From: an uncultured delta proteobacterium
GTDB lineage: Bacteria; Desulfobacterota; Binatia; UBA9968
Reading direction: 5' to 3'
Length of the DNA: 64,000 nt
Assembly: GCA_963728565.1 (NCBI GenBank)
Contig: CAVSLC010000025.1
Coordinates: forward strand, 32,001-96,000
Shown piece after piece: positions 8,813 through 18,594 of the stretch. A program made the position numbers and the translations under genes. Positions within the stretch are counted from its first letter, which is position 1; each line of letters opens with the position of its first letter. Under the pieces are notes generated by a model that was not told the origin of the DNA, did no database searches, and was given only the letters and a program-made list of their open reading frames with translations.

Positions 8813-10639
8813 TTAGCGGCTGCCGATCCGCTTGCGTTTATTCGCCAGATAATCGACCACGATGTAGTTGCCCATCTGATCGGGCGAGGTATAAAAAACT
8901 CGGCCGGCGTTGAGCCGGGAGAGCTGGTCAACGAAACCCTGCCGATAAAAATCTGCGCCCAGCATGAAGGTATTGATCTTGATCCCGTTTTGGGTGCAAC
9001 GCCTGACCTCCTTGAGAGTTTCACGAACAATGCGGCCGTGCAGCATTGCTGAGCCCCAGCCGCTGTGCAATCTGCCGCCCTGATCAAGAGTCGCGGCGGT
9101 GGGTTCGCCGTCGGTGATGAGAATGATTTGGCGATTTGCCGATCGGTTTGAACCGAGAAGCTGACGCGCGAAACGAAGCGCTTCTTTGATATCGGTGCCA
9201 TGCTCCATGAAATACGTCAGTGAGACAATCGACGGCAAATCTTCGGCTCTGATTATTTTCGCGTTTGACCGGAATGCCACCAGATGGAGCTTGTCTTGGG
9301 GAAATTTCGTTTCAATCAAGCGATGCAGCGCGAGGGCAACCTTTTTGCCAGCGTGTAACGCGTCATTCATTAGCATCGAGTAGCTGACGTCGATGCACAG
9401 GACAGTTTCACTATCCGTCGAGAACTCGTTGCGATGAACCGAAAAATCTTCCGGCCTTAAACGAACTGGAACGCTGCGGTTGCCGCTCTCCAGCGCGTTC
9501 ATCAGTGTCTCGCTGATATTTACATTGAGCGGATCACCAAACTCATAGGGCTTGGTTTGTTCCAGCTGCTCACCTTGAGAGCCGCGCGCAGAGGTGGAGT
9601 GATCACCCCAGCGGTTCTTGTTGAGCATGTGGAATATTTCCCGCAGCGCCTTATCGCCGATTTTTCTCATCCCCTTCGGCGTGAGTCTCATGCCGTGACC
9701 GGTCCGTATGATGTACCCTTCTTCTTCGAGCATCTGTTCAACGCCCTTGAGATATTTAAGCTGCTCGTAGGCGTCTTCGCCTAACATATTGCGAATCTCA
9801 TCCAGATCGAGCTCGGACGGATCGCCCATGCCGCGCTGACCCCAACGAAGAAATTTTTCCAAACCGCGTAATTGTCCGAGGATCTGGCCTGCTTCACCCA
9901 TGCCCATCCGTTGCGAACCCTGAAACGGATACTGGTTCATCAGCTGCTCAAGTTGTTGCATCTGATTCATCATGTCACTGAGCTGCTGCAACTGCTCTTG
10001 GGTGAGTGAGTCGAGATTATCCAGCATATTGTCCAGATCATCGACCGCGGCATCGAGCATATTGGGCAGATTCTTCAGGAAGTTTTCATCCTCCAGCAGC
10101 TTATTCATCCGGTCCAACATGTTCATCATGCCCTGATAATCCTGCCCGCCGGGATTGGTAGACTGTTGACTGCTGCGGTCTGCGATCTGATTTTTCAAAC
10201 GTTTCTGCAATTCTTGATAACGCTGATAAGCCTCCTTCATCTTACGGTTCATCTCGTCCATGCTGTCGGCATAACGACCCGAGAGACGTTCCATAAAGTT
10301 GCGCATTTTATCGTGATACGCTTCGAGCTTTTCAGCGAGGCTGTTGAGCTTGTCGCTAAGTTGCTGGGTTTCTTCCGGGCTCAATTTGAATGAGTCGGGA
10401 GAATACTTGTTGAGCAATTCTCGCCGCTTCTCGTCGGCTTGCCGAAGAAAGTCACGCATGCCTTTGACCGAACGCTGGCCATCTTCCGATGTCAGGCCGC
10501 GCCGCATCAGATCGCGTAGGGCACGCCGCACTCCTTCTTCCTCGAGAAGGTTGTCGGATAAATGTTTGAGTAGATCTTCGGTGGTGGGAAAGAGAACCTG
10601 TTGTGTGCCATCCCAGTGAGTATAGCGATGGATTCTCAT
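8813..10639 (-). CDS. VWA domain protein
   Basis: MIDAS-like DVSYSM, ITDGEPT, TKPYEFGD; RYTHWDGTQ N-terminus. Confidence 0.85.
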   Translation of the reverse strand: MRIHRYTHWDGTQQVLFPTTEDLLKHLSDNLLEEEGVRRALRDLMRRGLTSEDGQRSVKGMRDFLRQADEKRRELLNKYSPDSFKLSPEETQQLSDKLNSLAEKLEAYHDKMRNFMERLSGRYADSMDEMNRKMKEAYQRYQELQKRLKNQIADRSSQQSTNPGGQDYQGMMNMLDRMNKLLEDENFLKNLPNMLDAAVDDLDNMLDNLDSLTQEQLQQLSDMMNQMQQLEQLMNQYPFQGSQRMGMGEAGQILGQLRGLEKFLRWGQRGMGDPSELDLDEIRNMLGEDAYEQLKYLKGVEQMLEEEGYIIRTGHGMRLTPKGMRKIGDKALREIFHMLNKNRWGDHSTSARGSQGEQLEQTKPYEFGDPLNVNISETLMNALESGNRSVPVRLRPEDFSVHRNEFSTDSETVLCIDVSYSMLMNDALHAGKKVALALHRLIETKFPQDKLHLVAFRSNAKIIRAEDLPSIVSLTYFMEHGTDIKEALRFARQLLGSNRSANRQIILITDGEPTAATLDQGGRLHSGWGSAMLHGRIVRETLKEVRRCTQNGIKINTFMLGADFYRQGFVDQLSRLNAGRVFYTSPDQMGNYIVVDYLANKRKRIGSR

Positions 10640-10788
10640 ATGGCTTGACTATAGCCCAGTTCATAAGTGAAAAAAACCCTATTTTGCAAACGAATGGAAA
10701 GGTAAATGGGAGCCGTAAAGGATCTGTTCGCTATGGCCGAATCCGCTAGAATCCGCTATGAATATTCTTCGAAGGATCGATCTGAAGT

Positions 10789-11901
10789 ATGATTTCGGCT
10801 GAATGTGTAATCATCGGCGCTGGTTTTGCCGGCGCCGCCACCGCTTATCATCTCGCCCGCCGCGGTGTAGCCGATATCATCCTGTTGGAACAAGAAGCTA
10901 TCCCGGGCTTTCATTCGTCGGGTCGCAATGCGGCGATGATCCGTCAATGCGTCTCTGAGCCTGCTCTCTTTGATCTGACCCGAGACGGCGCCGCTTTCCT
11001 GCGTAATTTGCCCGGCGACTGGCCCGTCCCCGTGCAGTTCAAACAGAATGGCTCACTCCTGCTCGGTAGCGCTGACGGCTGGAAAAAGCTGCAAAAGGAA
11101 GCCGAGATCGGTCGCAGTTTAGGAGTCGACGTGGAGCTGTGGACGACTGCGCAGGCGCGGCGGCAGGTCGCGGCTTTACAGGATGCGCAGTTCGACGGCG
11201 CTGTATGGTGCGCTACTGATGGCGTTGTCGATATTCATGGACTGCTCTCAGGCTATTTGAAGTACGCCACTGCTCATGGGACGAAAGTTCATTATGGGGC
11301 TGATGTTTGCGTCATCCGGCGCACGGCAGATGATGCCTTCGAGCTGCGCACCAAGAATCAAATGATTACTACGCGCATCTTGATAAACGCCGGCGGCGCA
11401 TGGGCCAATGTCGTGGCGCAAATGGCCGGAGCTAGTGCGTTACCGCTTCGTCCCTACCGCCGCCATCTATTTACCTCGCCGCCATTAACTTGGGTCGATT
11501 CGCGTTGGCCTTTCGTCTGGGATGTGACACATGATATTTACTTTCGACCCGAGGGCGAGGGGCTGCTACTTTGCGCCTGTGATCAGCAGGAATTAGCCCC
11601 CGGAGATCCGCCGCTGGATCCGACGATTGGTGAACTGCTTGCGGAAAAGATTCAGCGCTACATGCCCGCGCTGGAAGGTGTGTCGATTCACAAATACTGG
11701 GCCGGCTTTAGAACGATTTCAAGCGATGGTCGTTTTGTCATTGGCTGGGATCCCCGCCTCGTGGGGTTTTTCTGGGTGGCGGGTCTCGGCGGGCATGGAG
11801 TAACGACCAGCTCGGCGGTCGGTGCGCTCGCCGCAGACTTGATAATCGCTGGAGCTGGCAAAAAGGCCGCGGCTTTTTCGCCCGCTAGGTTCATCAAATA
11901 A
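10789..11901 (+). CDS. FAD-dependent oxidoreductase (DAO/glycine oxidase family)
   Basis: IIGAGFAG, SGRNAA, WAGFR, GLGGHG. Confidence 0.9.
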   Translation: MISAECVIIGAGFAGAATAYHLARRGVADIILLEQEAIPGFHSSGRNAAMIRQCVSEPALFDLTRDGAAFLRNLPGDWPVPVQFKQNGSLLLGSADGWKKLQKEAEIGRSLGVDVELWTTAQARRQVAALQDAQFDGAVWCATDGVVDIHGLLSGYLKYATAHGTKVHYGADVCVIRRTADDAFELRTKNQMITTRILINAGGAWANVVAQMAGASALPLRPYRRHLFTSPPLTWVDSRWPFVWDVTHDIYFRPEGEGLLLCACDQQELAPGDPPLDPTIGELLAEKIQRYMPALEGVSIHKYWAGFRTISSDGRFVIGWDPRLVGFFWVAGLGGHGVTTSSAVGALAADLIIAGAGKKAAAFSPARFIK

Positions 11902-12220
11902 AGATCCGTGTTTTCTTCGGGTGAGCTGATTGCTCGAGGCTGATCTTCGAAGACAAAATAGTGAAGTGCAGCTTAGATGGAAGGTATTGGGCGGCGCAGT
12001 TGTTCAAGATGCGAACTCATTCTCGGTCCGGAGACCATTCCGTCACTCCTTTTTCTAACAACTCAGCGGACGACTGAAGCAGAGCGAATTTCAGCGGCCG
12101 CTCGAAAGTCAGCAATTACACCGTCGTCTGCCAGGCGCAAGGATTCAATGCGGTAAGAGTTGCAAGCCGGCCATCTACTCGAGAGACAGACAAGCTTCAC
12201 AGCGCTAGTTTCCCAACTGC

Positions 12221-12406
12221 TCAATCGTGTTGCTCACTGCTTCGTCCGCTTTTACGCAGCGGCTCCAGCTGCTCGCTGTTCCATTTACGGATGCCGAATC
12301 GCCTTGTGGGCTTTGGTAATTTGCCGTCCCTTATCCACCCTTCAATGGTCCGCTTAGAAACGCCGAAGAGCTGAGCGACCTGGTCTACGTTTAATAATTT
12401 GCGCAT
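12221..12406 (-). CDS. Small HTH protein (excisionase/AlpA-like)
   Basis: LLNVDQVAQLFGVSKRTIEGWIRDGKLPKP. Confidence 0.75.
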   Translation of the reverse strand: MRKLLNVDQVAQLFGVSKRTIEGWIRDGKLPKPTRRFGIRKWNSEQLEPLRKSGRSSEQHD

Positions 12407-12621
12407 TGGTTGAGATGGACCTATGGGAGACTATAGTAGCAGCAAACGGGATCCGAATTCACGTGCAGACACTGTTTTTTCGAAGGAGTCGCAAGTAGTC
12501 TGAACGCCTCCTCCAGACTTGTCACTAGCTCATCGTAGGATGAACCGGCTTCCTCATAACAAAGCGCGTCCTGATCGTGTCCTAGTTTGCTTCAGATGCG
12601 GATTATGTTAAAAAATTCGCT

Positions 12622-12831
12622 GTGACGCGATCGGATTTGCTGGCGGCGTGGGGGATGGGGCTGATTATTGTAGGGGTAGCTTTTTTCCTGGTGCGCGATC
12701 TTCGGCGTCGATTTGAGCGAATCGATCTTTTTTTTGATCAATTGGAAGGCCGCTTTCGGTATGTGCCTTTTATAGCTCCGGCTTCCGCTTTACTGGGGGC
12801 TGTTTTGATGCTGTTGGCGCTCGTGGTTTAA
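12622..12831 (+). CDS. Small membrane protein (two TM segments)
   Basis: Two hydrophobic stretches in a 69-aa ORF filling the intergenic gap. Confidence 0.5.
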   Translation: MTRSDLLAAWGMGLIIVGVAFFLVRDLRRRFERIDLFFDQLEGRFRYVPFIAPASALLGAVLMLLALVV

Positions 12832-12916
12832 TGCGTGCGTCAGTCAAATGATCTTCGAACGCGCAGATAGCGGAGCGGGAAGCGACCGGATCGATGGATT
12901 CCTCGCTTCCGGAGTT

Positions 12917-13540
12917 TTAGGATTCGCGGCGCTCTAGCAGAACTTTCGTTCCACTGTCATCCAAGAAAAAACGTTCCCCCTCTTTACTCTCGAATATCGG
13001 GCGACCGTCAGCTCTAATCCGAGTCACCCATACCTTCAGTTCCGGTTCGGTTCGCTTTCGATGTAATTGAAATTGCGGCGCTGCCGTTTTTTTCGTAATA
13101 GTCTCTATTTTGTGATGACTTTGAGAGTTTTGAGGATTGGTCGGCTTGGCCATTTCCTTACGCGAGATGCGCTGGCTCCGGTTGTTGGGTTGCGCGCGAT
13201 TTACTGAACGAGCGTCCTTGATCACATCGAATGGAGCCGCTTCCGGCTCAAGGGTGGTTTCTACGATCGCGCCCGACTGCTCGGGGGTAGTTGTCGAATC
13301 TGCATACGGCCACGTGCGCCCCAAAGCGATGTACTGATTTTTCAATCTTTGAACCATCTGAGTTTTGGAATCGAAGCTCAGCCGCCTATAGGGGCCGTCA
13401 TGGCAATGATAGTACTTTTGATCCTGATCGTGATGACACCCGAATTGATCCAACCGTCCGTCGTGAGCCTGAGCTGGTGACAGCGAAGACGAAGTGGTGC
13501 TCGCGAGCGCAAAGCACAAAATGATTATTCTCTTATACAT
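12917..13540 (-). CDS. Secreted YHYH-motif protein
   Basis: Signal peptide followed by AHDGRLDQFGCHHDQDQKYYHCH; GGAG RBS. Confidence 0.75.
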   Translation of the reverse strand: MYKRIIILCFALASTTSSSLSPAQAHDGRLDQFGCHHDQDQKYYHCHDGPYRRLSFDSKTQMVQRLKNQYIALGRTWPYADSTTTPEQSGAIVETTLEPEAAPFDVIKDARSVNRAQPNNRSQRISRKEMAKPTNPQNSQSHHKIETITKKTAAPQFQLHRKRTEPELKVWVTRIRADGRPIFESKEGERFFLDDSGTKVLLERRES

Positions 13541-13599
13541 CGGAAACTCCAGATGTCGGAAAATGTTGACTAGCGATTTCTTCCAGTGTCGCAGGCAGA

Positions 13600-13616
13600 T
13601 GCATACTTCGTTCCAG
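13600..13616 (-). promoter_or_regulatory. Possible sigma54 promoter for the YHYH gene
   Basis: Minus strand CTGGAACGAAGTATGCA (GG-N10-GC), about 60 nt upstream of the start. Confidence 0.35.
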
Positions 13617-13950
13617 GGCAGAAGCTAGTAATTACTCGTAATCAAAAGACCTTTAGGGCAGGGCGTTTGACAGTGCTGCCCGAGGCGATGGCGTCACTGA
13701 CACAGGCGATGTCGACGCTGCGATGCTTAGGGACTGAGAACGATGAACGTCGAAGTTAGCTAAGCCGCCGAGTTGCCGTTGAAGCGTCCGGAGGCCGGTA
13801 ATGAATGCAAAGCGCTTCCGTGCAAGTCCGAGCATGTTGGTTACCATCTGTGAGCGCCCGCTTGACATTCATTCAAGAAGCAGATCAATGAGCGTCCAGA
13901 TTGATGACTTTGCCCATCTTCGTTGACAGCCTGCGCTCGTTTCCGCTAGG

Positions 13951-15018
13951 GTGCCGTGGCATATGAGCAAGGACGTAACGACTCACACAAATCAACGAAT
14001 CAAACACTCAGTTCCGGATGCTACGCTTCGTTCCGGGCCGGACACCGTCCTATGGGGCTATATCGCGGCGAATCTACCCCCGGCGCTGAGTATCAAATCA
14101 GGCGCCGTCGTCGAGATCGAAGCGCTCTCGCACCAGGGCCTAACGACGGAGAAGGATCCTGAAAAATTTTTCGCCAGCTACGGTATATCAGGCGCGGAGG
14201 TTTTGTCTGACGCAAAGGCGGTCTTCTCCAGTGTGAAGCGTCCGAAAGGAGCAAGTGTTCATATTCTCACCGGACCGATTTACATTGAAGGGGCCGAGCC
14301 GGGCGATACTTTGGAGGTGCGCGTGCTCGATATCAGGTTCCGCGTGCCTTATGGGGTGAATAATACCGGTCCTGGTAAAGGTGTGTTGCCCAAGCTGCTA
14401 AAAGAACCGTCGGCCAAGCTGATCCGGCTCGATCTGGAGCGGCGAGTCGCACTCTTCTCCAGCGAAATCGAAATTCCACTCAATCCGTTCATGGGGATCA
14501 TGGCGGTGTCGCCGCCGACTAGCCTTGGTATGGTATCTTCGACGCCGCCGGGCGCCTGGGGCGGCAATATGGATTTGAAATTTCTGGGTGTGGGTTCATC
14601 GCTGTATCTTCCGGTGTTCAACAACGGAGCGCAGTTTTTTACCGGCGACGGTCATGCCGTGCAAGGCGATGGTGAGGTTGATGGCGGCGCCATCGAGATC
14701 TCATTGGCGCCGAACCTGCAATTCCTTCTTCATAAAGGCAAGACTATCAAGCTGCCGCGGGTCGAAACGGCTACGGATTATTTGTTGACGGGGCTTAGCG
14801 TTGATCTAAACGAGGCGGCTCGTATCGCGCTGCAAGAAACCGTTGACTTTCTGCAGGCTGAGAAAGGTTTGACCGCCGCCGACGCGTATGCGTTGTCGAG
14901 CTTGGCCGTGGATCTGGGAATCGGTGAAGCGGTGGACATCGTTAATCTTGTCTACGCCAAAATTCCTAAGAATATCTTCAGAAGCAATCCACCTTTTTGG
15001 GCTTCCACCGAGCGATGA
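13951..15018 (+). CDS. Acetamidase/formamidase family protein
   Basis: HILTGPIYIEGAEPGD, GGNMD, GDGHAVQGDGEV. Confidence 0.92.
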   Translation: MPWHMSKDVTTHTNQRIKHSVPDATLRSGPDTVLWGYIAANLPPALSIKSGAVVEIEALSHQGLTTEKDPEKFFASYGISGAEVLSDAKAVFSSVKRPKGASVHILTGPIYIEGAEPGDTLEVRVLDIRFRVPYGVNNTGPGKGVLPKLLKEPSAKLIRLDLERRVALFSSEIEIPLNPFMGIMAVSPPTSLGMVSSTPPGAWGGNMDLKFLGVGSSLYLPVFNNGAQFFTGDGHAVQGDGEVDGGAIEISLAPNLQFLLHKGKTIKLPRVETATDYLLTGLSVDLNEAARIALQETVDFLQAEKGLTAADAYALSSLAVDLGIGEAVDIVNLVYAKIPKNIFRSNPPFWASTER

Positions 15019-15090
15019 CTAGTCGCGAGTGGTCATGCGCTGCACCGAAAACACCAGTCCGGCTGAGAGGTGAGAAAAGCTCAAGTCTTC

Positions 15091-16125
15091 TCACTGCGTC
15101 AAGAAAATCTTGCGAAAGTCTTCCTTGAGTTTGACGAACTGTTCGTCTGATGGATTCTCCATGAAGACTGCATGAGCCACCACTCGCTCGGCGTCTTTAA
15201 GATTGGGATAGATCCCGGGAGCGATCGGGAAGTCGCCGCTGTCGGCGATGATCTTTTGCGCATCCGCGGTGCAGAGATAATCGATGTAGAGCTTGGCCGC
15301 GTTGGGAGCCGCAGCTTTGGCGCTGAGAGCGAGATCGGTCGAATCGGTCAAGACTTTGTCGAAAACGACATGGCTGAGCGGCCCCTTTACCTGAGTAATA
15401 TACTGCGCGTAAGTAATCCCAAGGTGCGCTTCACCCTTTACCAAGGCAGTCGGCACAGGCGCGAAAGACTCCAGCAAAAACGGCTTCTGTTTGGCGAGCG
15501 CTCTGGCGTAATCCATCCACTTTTCACCTTTAATTTTCTGCATGTTCCAGAGAAACTGCGCGGTACTGGTATGCCTGGAAGGATCGGGCATGGCGATTTT
15601 GCCTTGCCATTTTGGATTCAAGAGATCATCGAAATTTTTTGGCAGATCGGCGGGCTTTACCAGTTCTGTGTTGTAGAGAATGCTCACGGGAGTATGGCGA
15701 AACGCCGTCAGCACGCCATCCTTGTCTTTCAAGTGGGCGGGAAACTTGGCCGCTGCTGGCGCGGTAAATTTGGCCAGTGCATTTTCGCGTTTAAGCAGAG
15801 CTATCGTTCCGTTGATTGCAAATAGAACGTCGAAGCCCGGTTTGCCGGCGCGCCACTCGGTGATCGCTCGGTCAACAACGGCGGTGGCCGATGCGCGCCA
15901 ATAATCGACTTTAACTCCGTATTTTTTTTCAAACCCGGTATGAATAGGCGCCATGACATTCGGAATTGTCGTGCCGTAGACGACAATTCTACTTTCCTTT
16001 TTCGCCGCCTCCTGATCGAGTGTCTGAGCCAAAATTTCATTGCTGAAACAGAAAAGCGTCAAGCTGATCGAGAGAACCAGCTTTAATTTCGTTGCGATCG
16101 ATGGAATCATTTTATTATTTTCCAC
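15091..16125 (-). CDS. ABC transporter substrate-binding protein (Fe3+/spermidine cluster type)
   Basis: Signal peptide; YNTELV, DLLNPKWQGKI, PNAAKLYIDY. Confidence 0.88.
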   Translation of the reverse strand: MENNKMIPSIATKLKLVLSISLTLFCFSNEILAQTLDQEAAKKESRIVVYGTTIPNVMAPIHTGFEKKYGVKVDYWRASATAVVDRAITEWRAGKPGFDVLFAINGTIALLKRENALAKFTAPAAAKFPAHLKDKDGVLTAFRHTPVSILYNTELVKPADLPKNFDDLLNPKWQGKIAMPDPSRHTSTAQFLWNMQKIKGEKWMDYARALAKQKPFLLESFAPVPTALVKGEAHLGITYAQYITQVKGPLSHVVFDKVLTDSTDLALSAKAAAPNAAKLYIDYLCTADAQKIIADSGDFPIAPGIYPNLKDAERVVAHAVFMENPSDEQFVKLKEDFRKIFLTQ

Positions 16126-16321
16126 TGTGACGTTACCCGCCCATTGATTAAACTACAATCCGCCGCGGCGTAATTTCCCATACTCTAAGGCCAGGGCGTC
16201 CGGTCAATAGCGGACACAACATACATTGGTCGGCATGGCGTGATCAAGGGCAGCCGGGCAGTGCTCCGACAGATATTCTTTGCGGCTGGCCGGCTCTGGA
16301 TTGCGTGCAATCAACGCTCGA

Positions 16322-17248
16322 CTATATCGCTTTATCTTCATGGTGTTGCTTGAGCACAGACGCCAGAATGGAAATCAGCAAGATCCCGCCGACCACGCCT
16401 AACGAAATGCCGATGGGGATTTTGTAGAACTCGGCAATCAGCATCTTCGCGCCGACGAAACAGAGCACGAACGCGAGGCCAACCCTGAGATAGCGGAACA
16501 TCTCCATGACGCCGGCGAGAAGGAAGAAAAGAGCCCGAAGCCCAAGGATGGCAAAGACATTGGAGGTATATACGATGAATGGGTCTAAAGTGATAGCGAA
16601 GATCGCCGGGATTGAATCGACCGCGAAAATAACATCAGTGGTCTCGACAACGACAAGCACCAAAAAGAGAGGGGTAGCCCACAGCTTTCCATCTTTGCGG
16701 ATGAAGAATTGTTGTCCCTGGTAGTCCGGGGTCACGTTGATGAATCGACGCACCAAGCGGACAGCCGGATTTTTTTCCGGCTCAATTTTTTCGTCGCCGA
16801 CGAATAGCAACTTAATGCCGGTGAAAATGAGAAAGCCGCCAAAAACATAGATCATCCAGTGGAAGTTGGACAGCAAGGCTGTTCCGGTCGCGATGAAGCC
16901 GGCTCGCAAGACCAGAGCCCCTAGAATACCCCAGAAGAGGACGCGGTGCTGGTAGCTCGACGGAACTGCGAAGTAGGAGAAAATGACCAGGAAGACAAAC
17001 AGATTATCCACGCTCAAAGACCACTCGATCACATAGCCGGTCAAAAACTCCAGCCCCTTTTCCCCGCCGCGAAAAAAATAAATACCCACGCCGAAAAGAA
17101 GGGCCAGGGAAACCCAGACGCAGCTCCAAGCCAAGGCTTCTCGCAGCGAAACAGCGTGGGCTTTGCGATGCAGCACTAGCAGGTCGAGCGCCAGTATGCC
17201 TAAAACAAAGACGTTAAAAACGACCCATAAAAACAGTTGCGAATCCAT
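16322..17248 (-). CDS. TerC/Alx family membrane protein (copy 1)
   Basis: EWSLSVDNLFVF, QHRVLFWGILGA, ETTDVIFAVDSIPA, SNVFAILGLRAL. Confidence 0.95.
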   Translation of the reverse strand: MDSQLFLWVVFNVFVLGILALDLLVLHRKAHAVSLREALAWSCVWVSLALLFGVGIYFFRGGEKGLEFLTGYVIEWSLSVDNLFVFLVIFSYFAVPSSYQHRVLFWGILGALVLRAGFIATGTALLSNFHWMIYVFGGFLIFTGIKLLFVGDEKIEPEKNPAVRLVRRFINVTPDYQGQQFFIRKDGKLWATPLFLVLVVVETTDVIFAVDSIPAIFAITLDPFIVYTSNVFAILGLRALFFLLAGVMEMFRYLRVGLAFVLCFVGAKMLIAEFYKIPIGISLGVVGGILLISILASVLKQHHEDKAI

Positions 17249-17282
17249 GCGTTGTGTATCCCTTGAAGTCTTGGCCGTTTTT

Positions 17283-17612
17283 TTAAATTTGCAAAAGGAC
17301 GTTAAAGGCGCGCAGATTTTGATGGCAACTGTGCGCGCGCAGGTGAATCGTGTCGTAAGACAAGACCTGTTGAAATGAAACTTCGCTGGCGGTCACCGCC
17401 CGCGCGTGCACCGTTACCAACTTACGGCCGCCGGTGCGAAATCTGCGGATGATGGGGGATCTCGTCGAATCGTCCAGTCGGTCCGACGTGACAAAGTCTC
17501 CGGTGGAAATCTCAGCATAGCTTTCAAGTCGATGAGAATCGGTCGCTAATCCGCCGATGAGAAAAAAAATTGTTAAGACCCAAGAAGAAATCGCCGGCTT
17601 CATCAGACGCAC
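17283..17612 (-). CDS. Putative leader protein 1 upstream of terC copy 1
   Basis: 105-109 aa; hydrophobic N-terminus, basic middle, ends NLRAFNVLLQI*; stop 34 nt before terC. Confidence 0.6.
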   Translation of the reverse strand: MRLMKPAISSWVLTIFFLIGGLATDSHRLESYAEISTGDFVTSDRLDDSTRSPIIRRFRTGGRKLVTVHARAVTASEVSFQQVLSYDTIHLRAHSCHQNLRAFNVLLQI

Positions 17613-17796
17613 GTGGTATCAATTCATATGCATTTAGTCAATCAAGCCTGGGTGAATCAGTCAGCGTCGGTTCGTGGGATATGCCAACCAGCGGGAAATC
17701 GAGACGAACATTGTGGTGACCGCGATAGCCACGCAAAAACTTCTCACCCGCCCATCCGTGAATACTGATGCTCGCGGATAGTGATGAACTTCAATG

Positions 17797-17837
17797 GCGC
17801 AGCTTTGCGTTTCCGTGACTTTTGTGAGGCGCTGAAG
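17797..17837. repeat. Diverged repeat, copy A
   Basis: 35/41 nt identical to 21545-21585 by manual alignment. Confidence 0.7.
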
Positions 17838-18086
17838 GACGGGTGAAAAGTCGCGCATACAACGACCGACGATGTGCTTCCCAGCGTGAAGGAAGGCGGT
17901 TGGGATTCCCTGCGAAAAGAAGATCCCGAAATTTCCCGGCACATTGAGCGGCATTGAAGAGTGTGGCAATTTTAACCGCAGAAATTCCGGGGGTTGAGTG
18001 ATTTACGACCCATGCGTTGGTGCTCTTAGCCGAGATTGATCGGTGGTAATTGACTATTCGCATAGCCGTGGTATACGTTTTGCCTG

Positions 18087-18406
18087 GTGAAACAGATCAC
18101 TATCGGCATAACTCTCTTCCTTTTTTTTTCATCTTCTTCCCTGAAGAGCTTAGAGCAACTCTCGGCTCGTTTTGACGCCGATTCGCAAGAGTCTCTTTGG
18201 ACTTTAAATGACGATTTGTCTTCGGACAATGCCCGTGGCCGTCGCCCCTGAAACGGTCGCAAAGAGTCAAATCCTCAGTTAACAGCTTGCGCGGCGTGGA
18301 AAAACCAGCGCCGGCGATTTCTCTTATCGTCCGGATAATGGAATCGTTCATTTCTCATTATTCCAGGTCGCGCGTTTATCAGCAGACAAACGTCTACAGA
18401 ATTTAA
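18087..18406 (+). CDS. Putative leader protein 2 upstream of the P-type ATPase (frameshift at CCCC 18245-18248)
   Basis: GTG start MKQITIGITLFLFFSSSSL...; adding one C gives 106 aa ending RVYQQTNVYRI*. Confidence 0.55.
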
Positions 18407-18594
18407 CCCGTCCGTCTTCGCTGCACACGAAGCACTTCAAGATCAGGGACATGAATCGCGAAGTTCCCTGTACAGAAGTCACTTGGACAAAAGACGAACG
18501 AACCCGCCAACTCACCGAAATCATAATACTGTTTTCAAACTGGAATGAAAGCCAAAAATTGTGAGCGCTTTAGAATCCACACTACGAGGGATCT

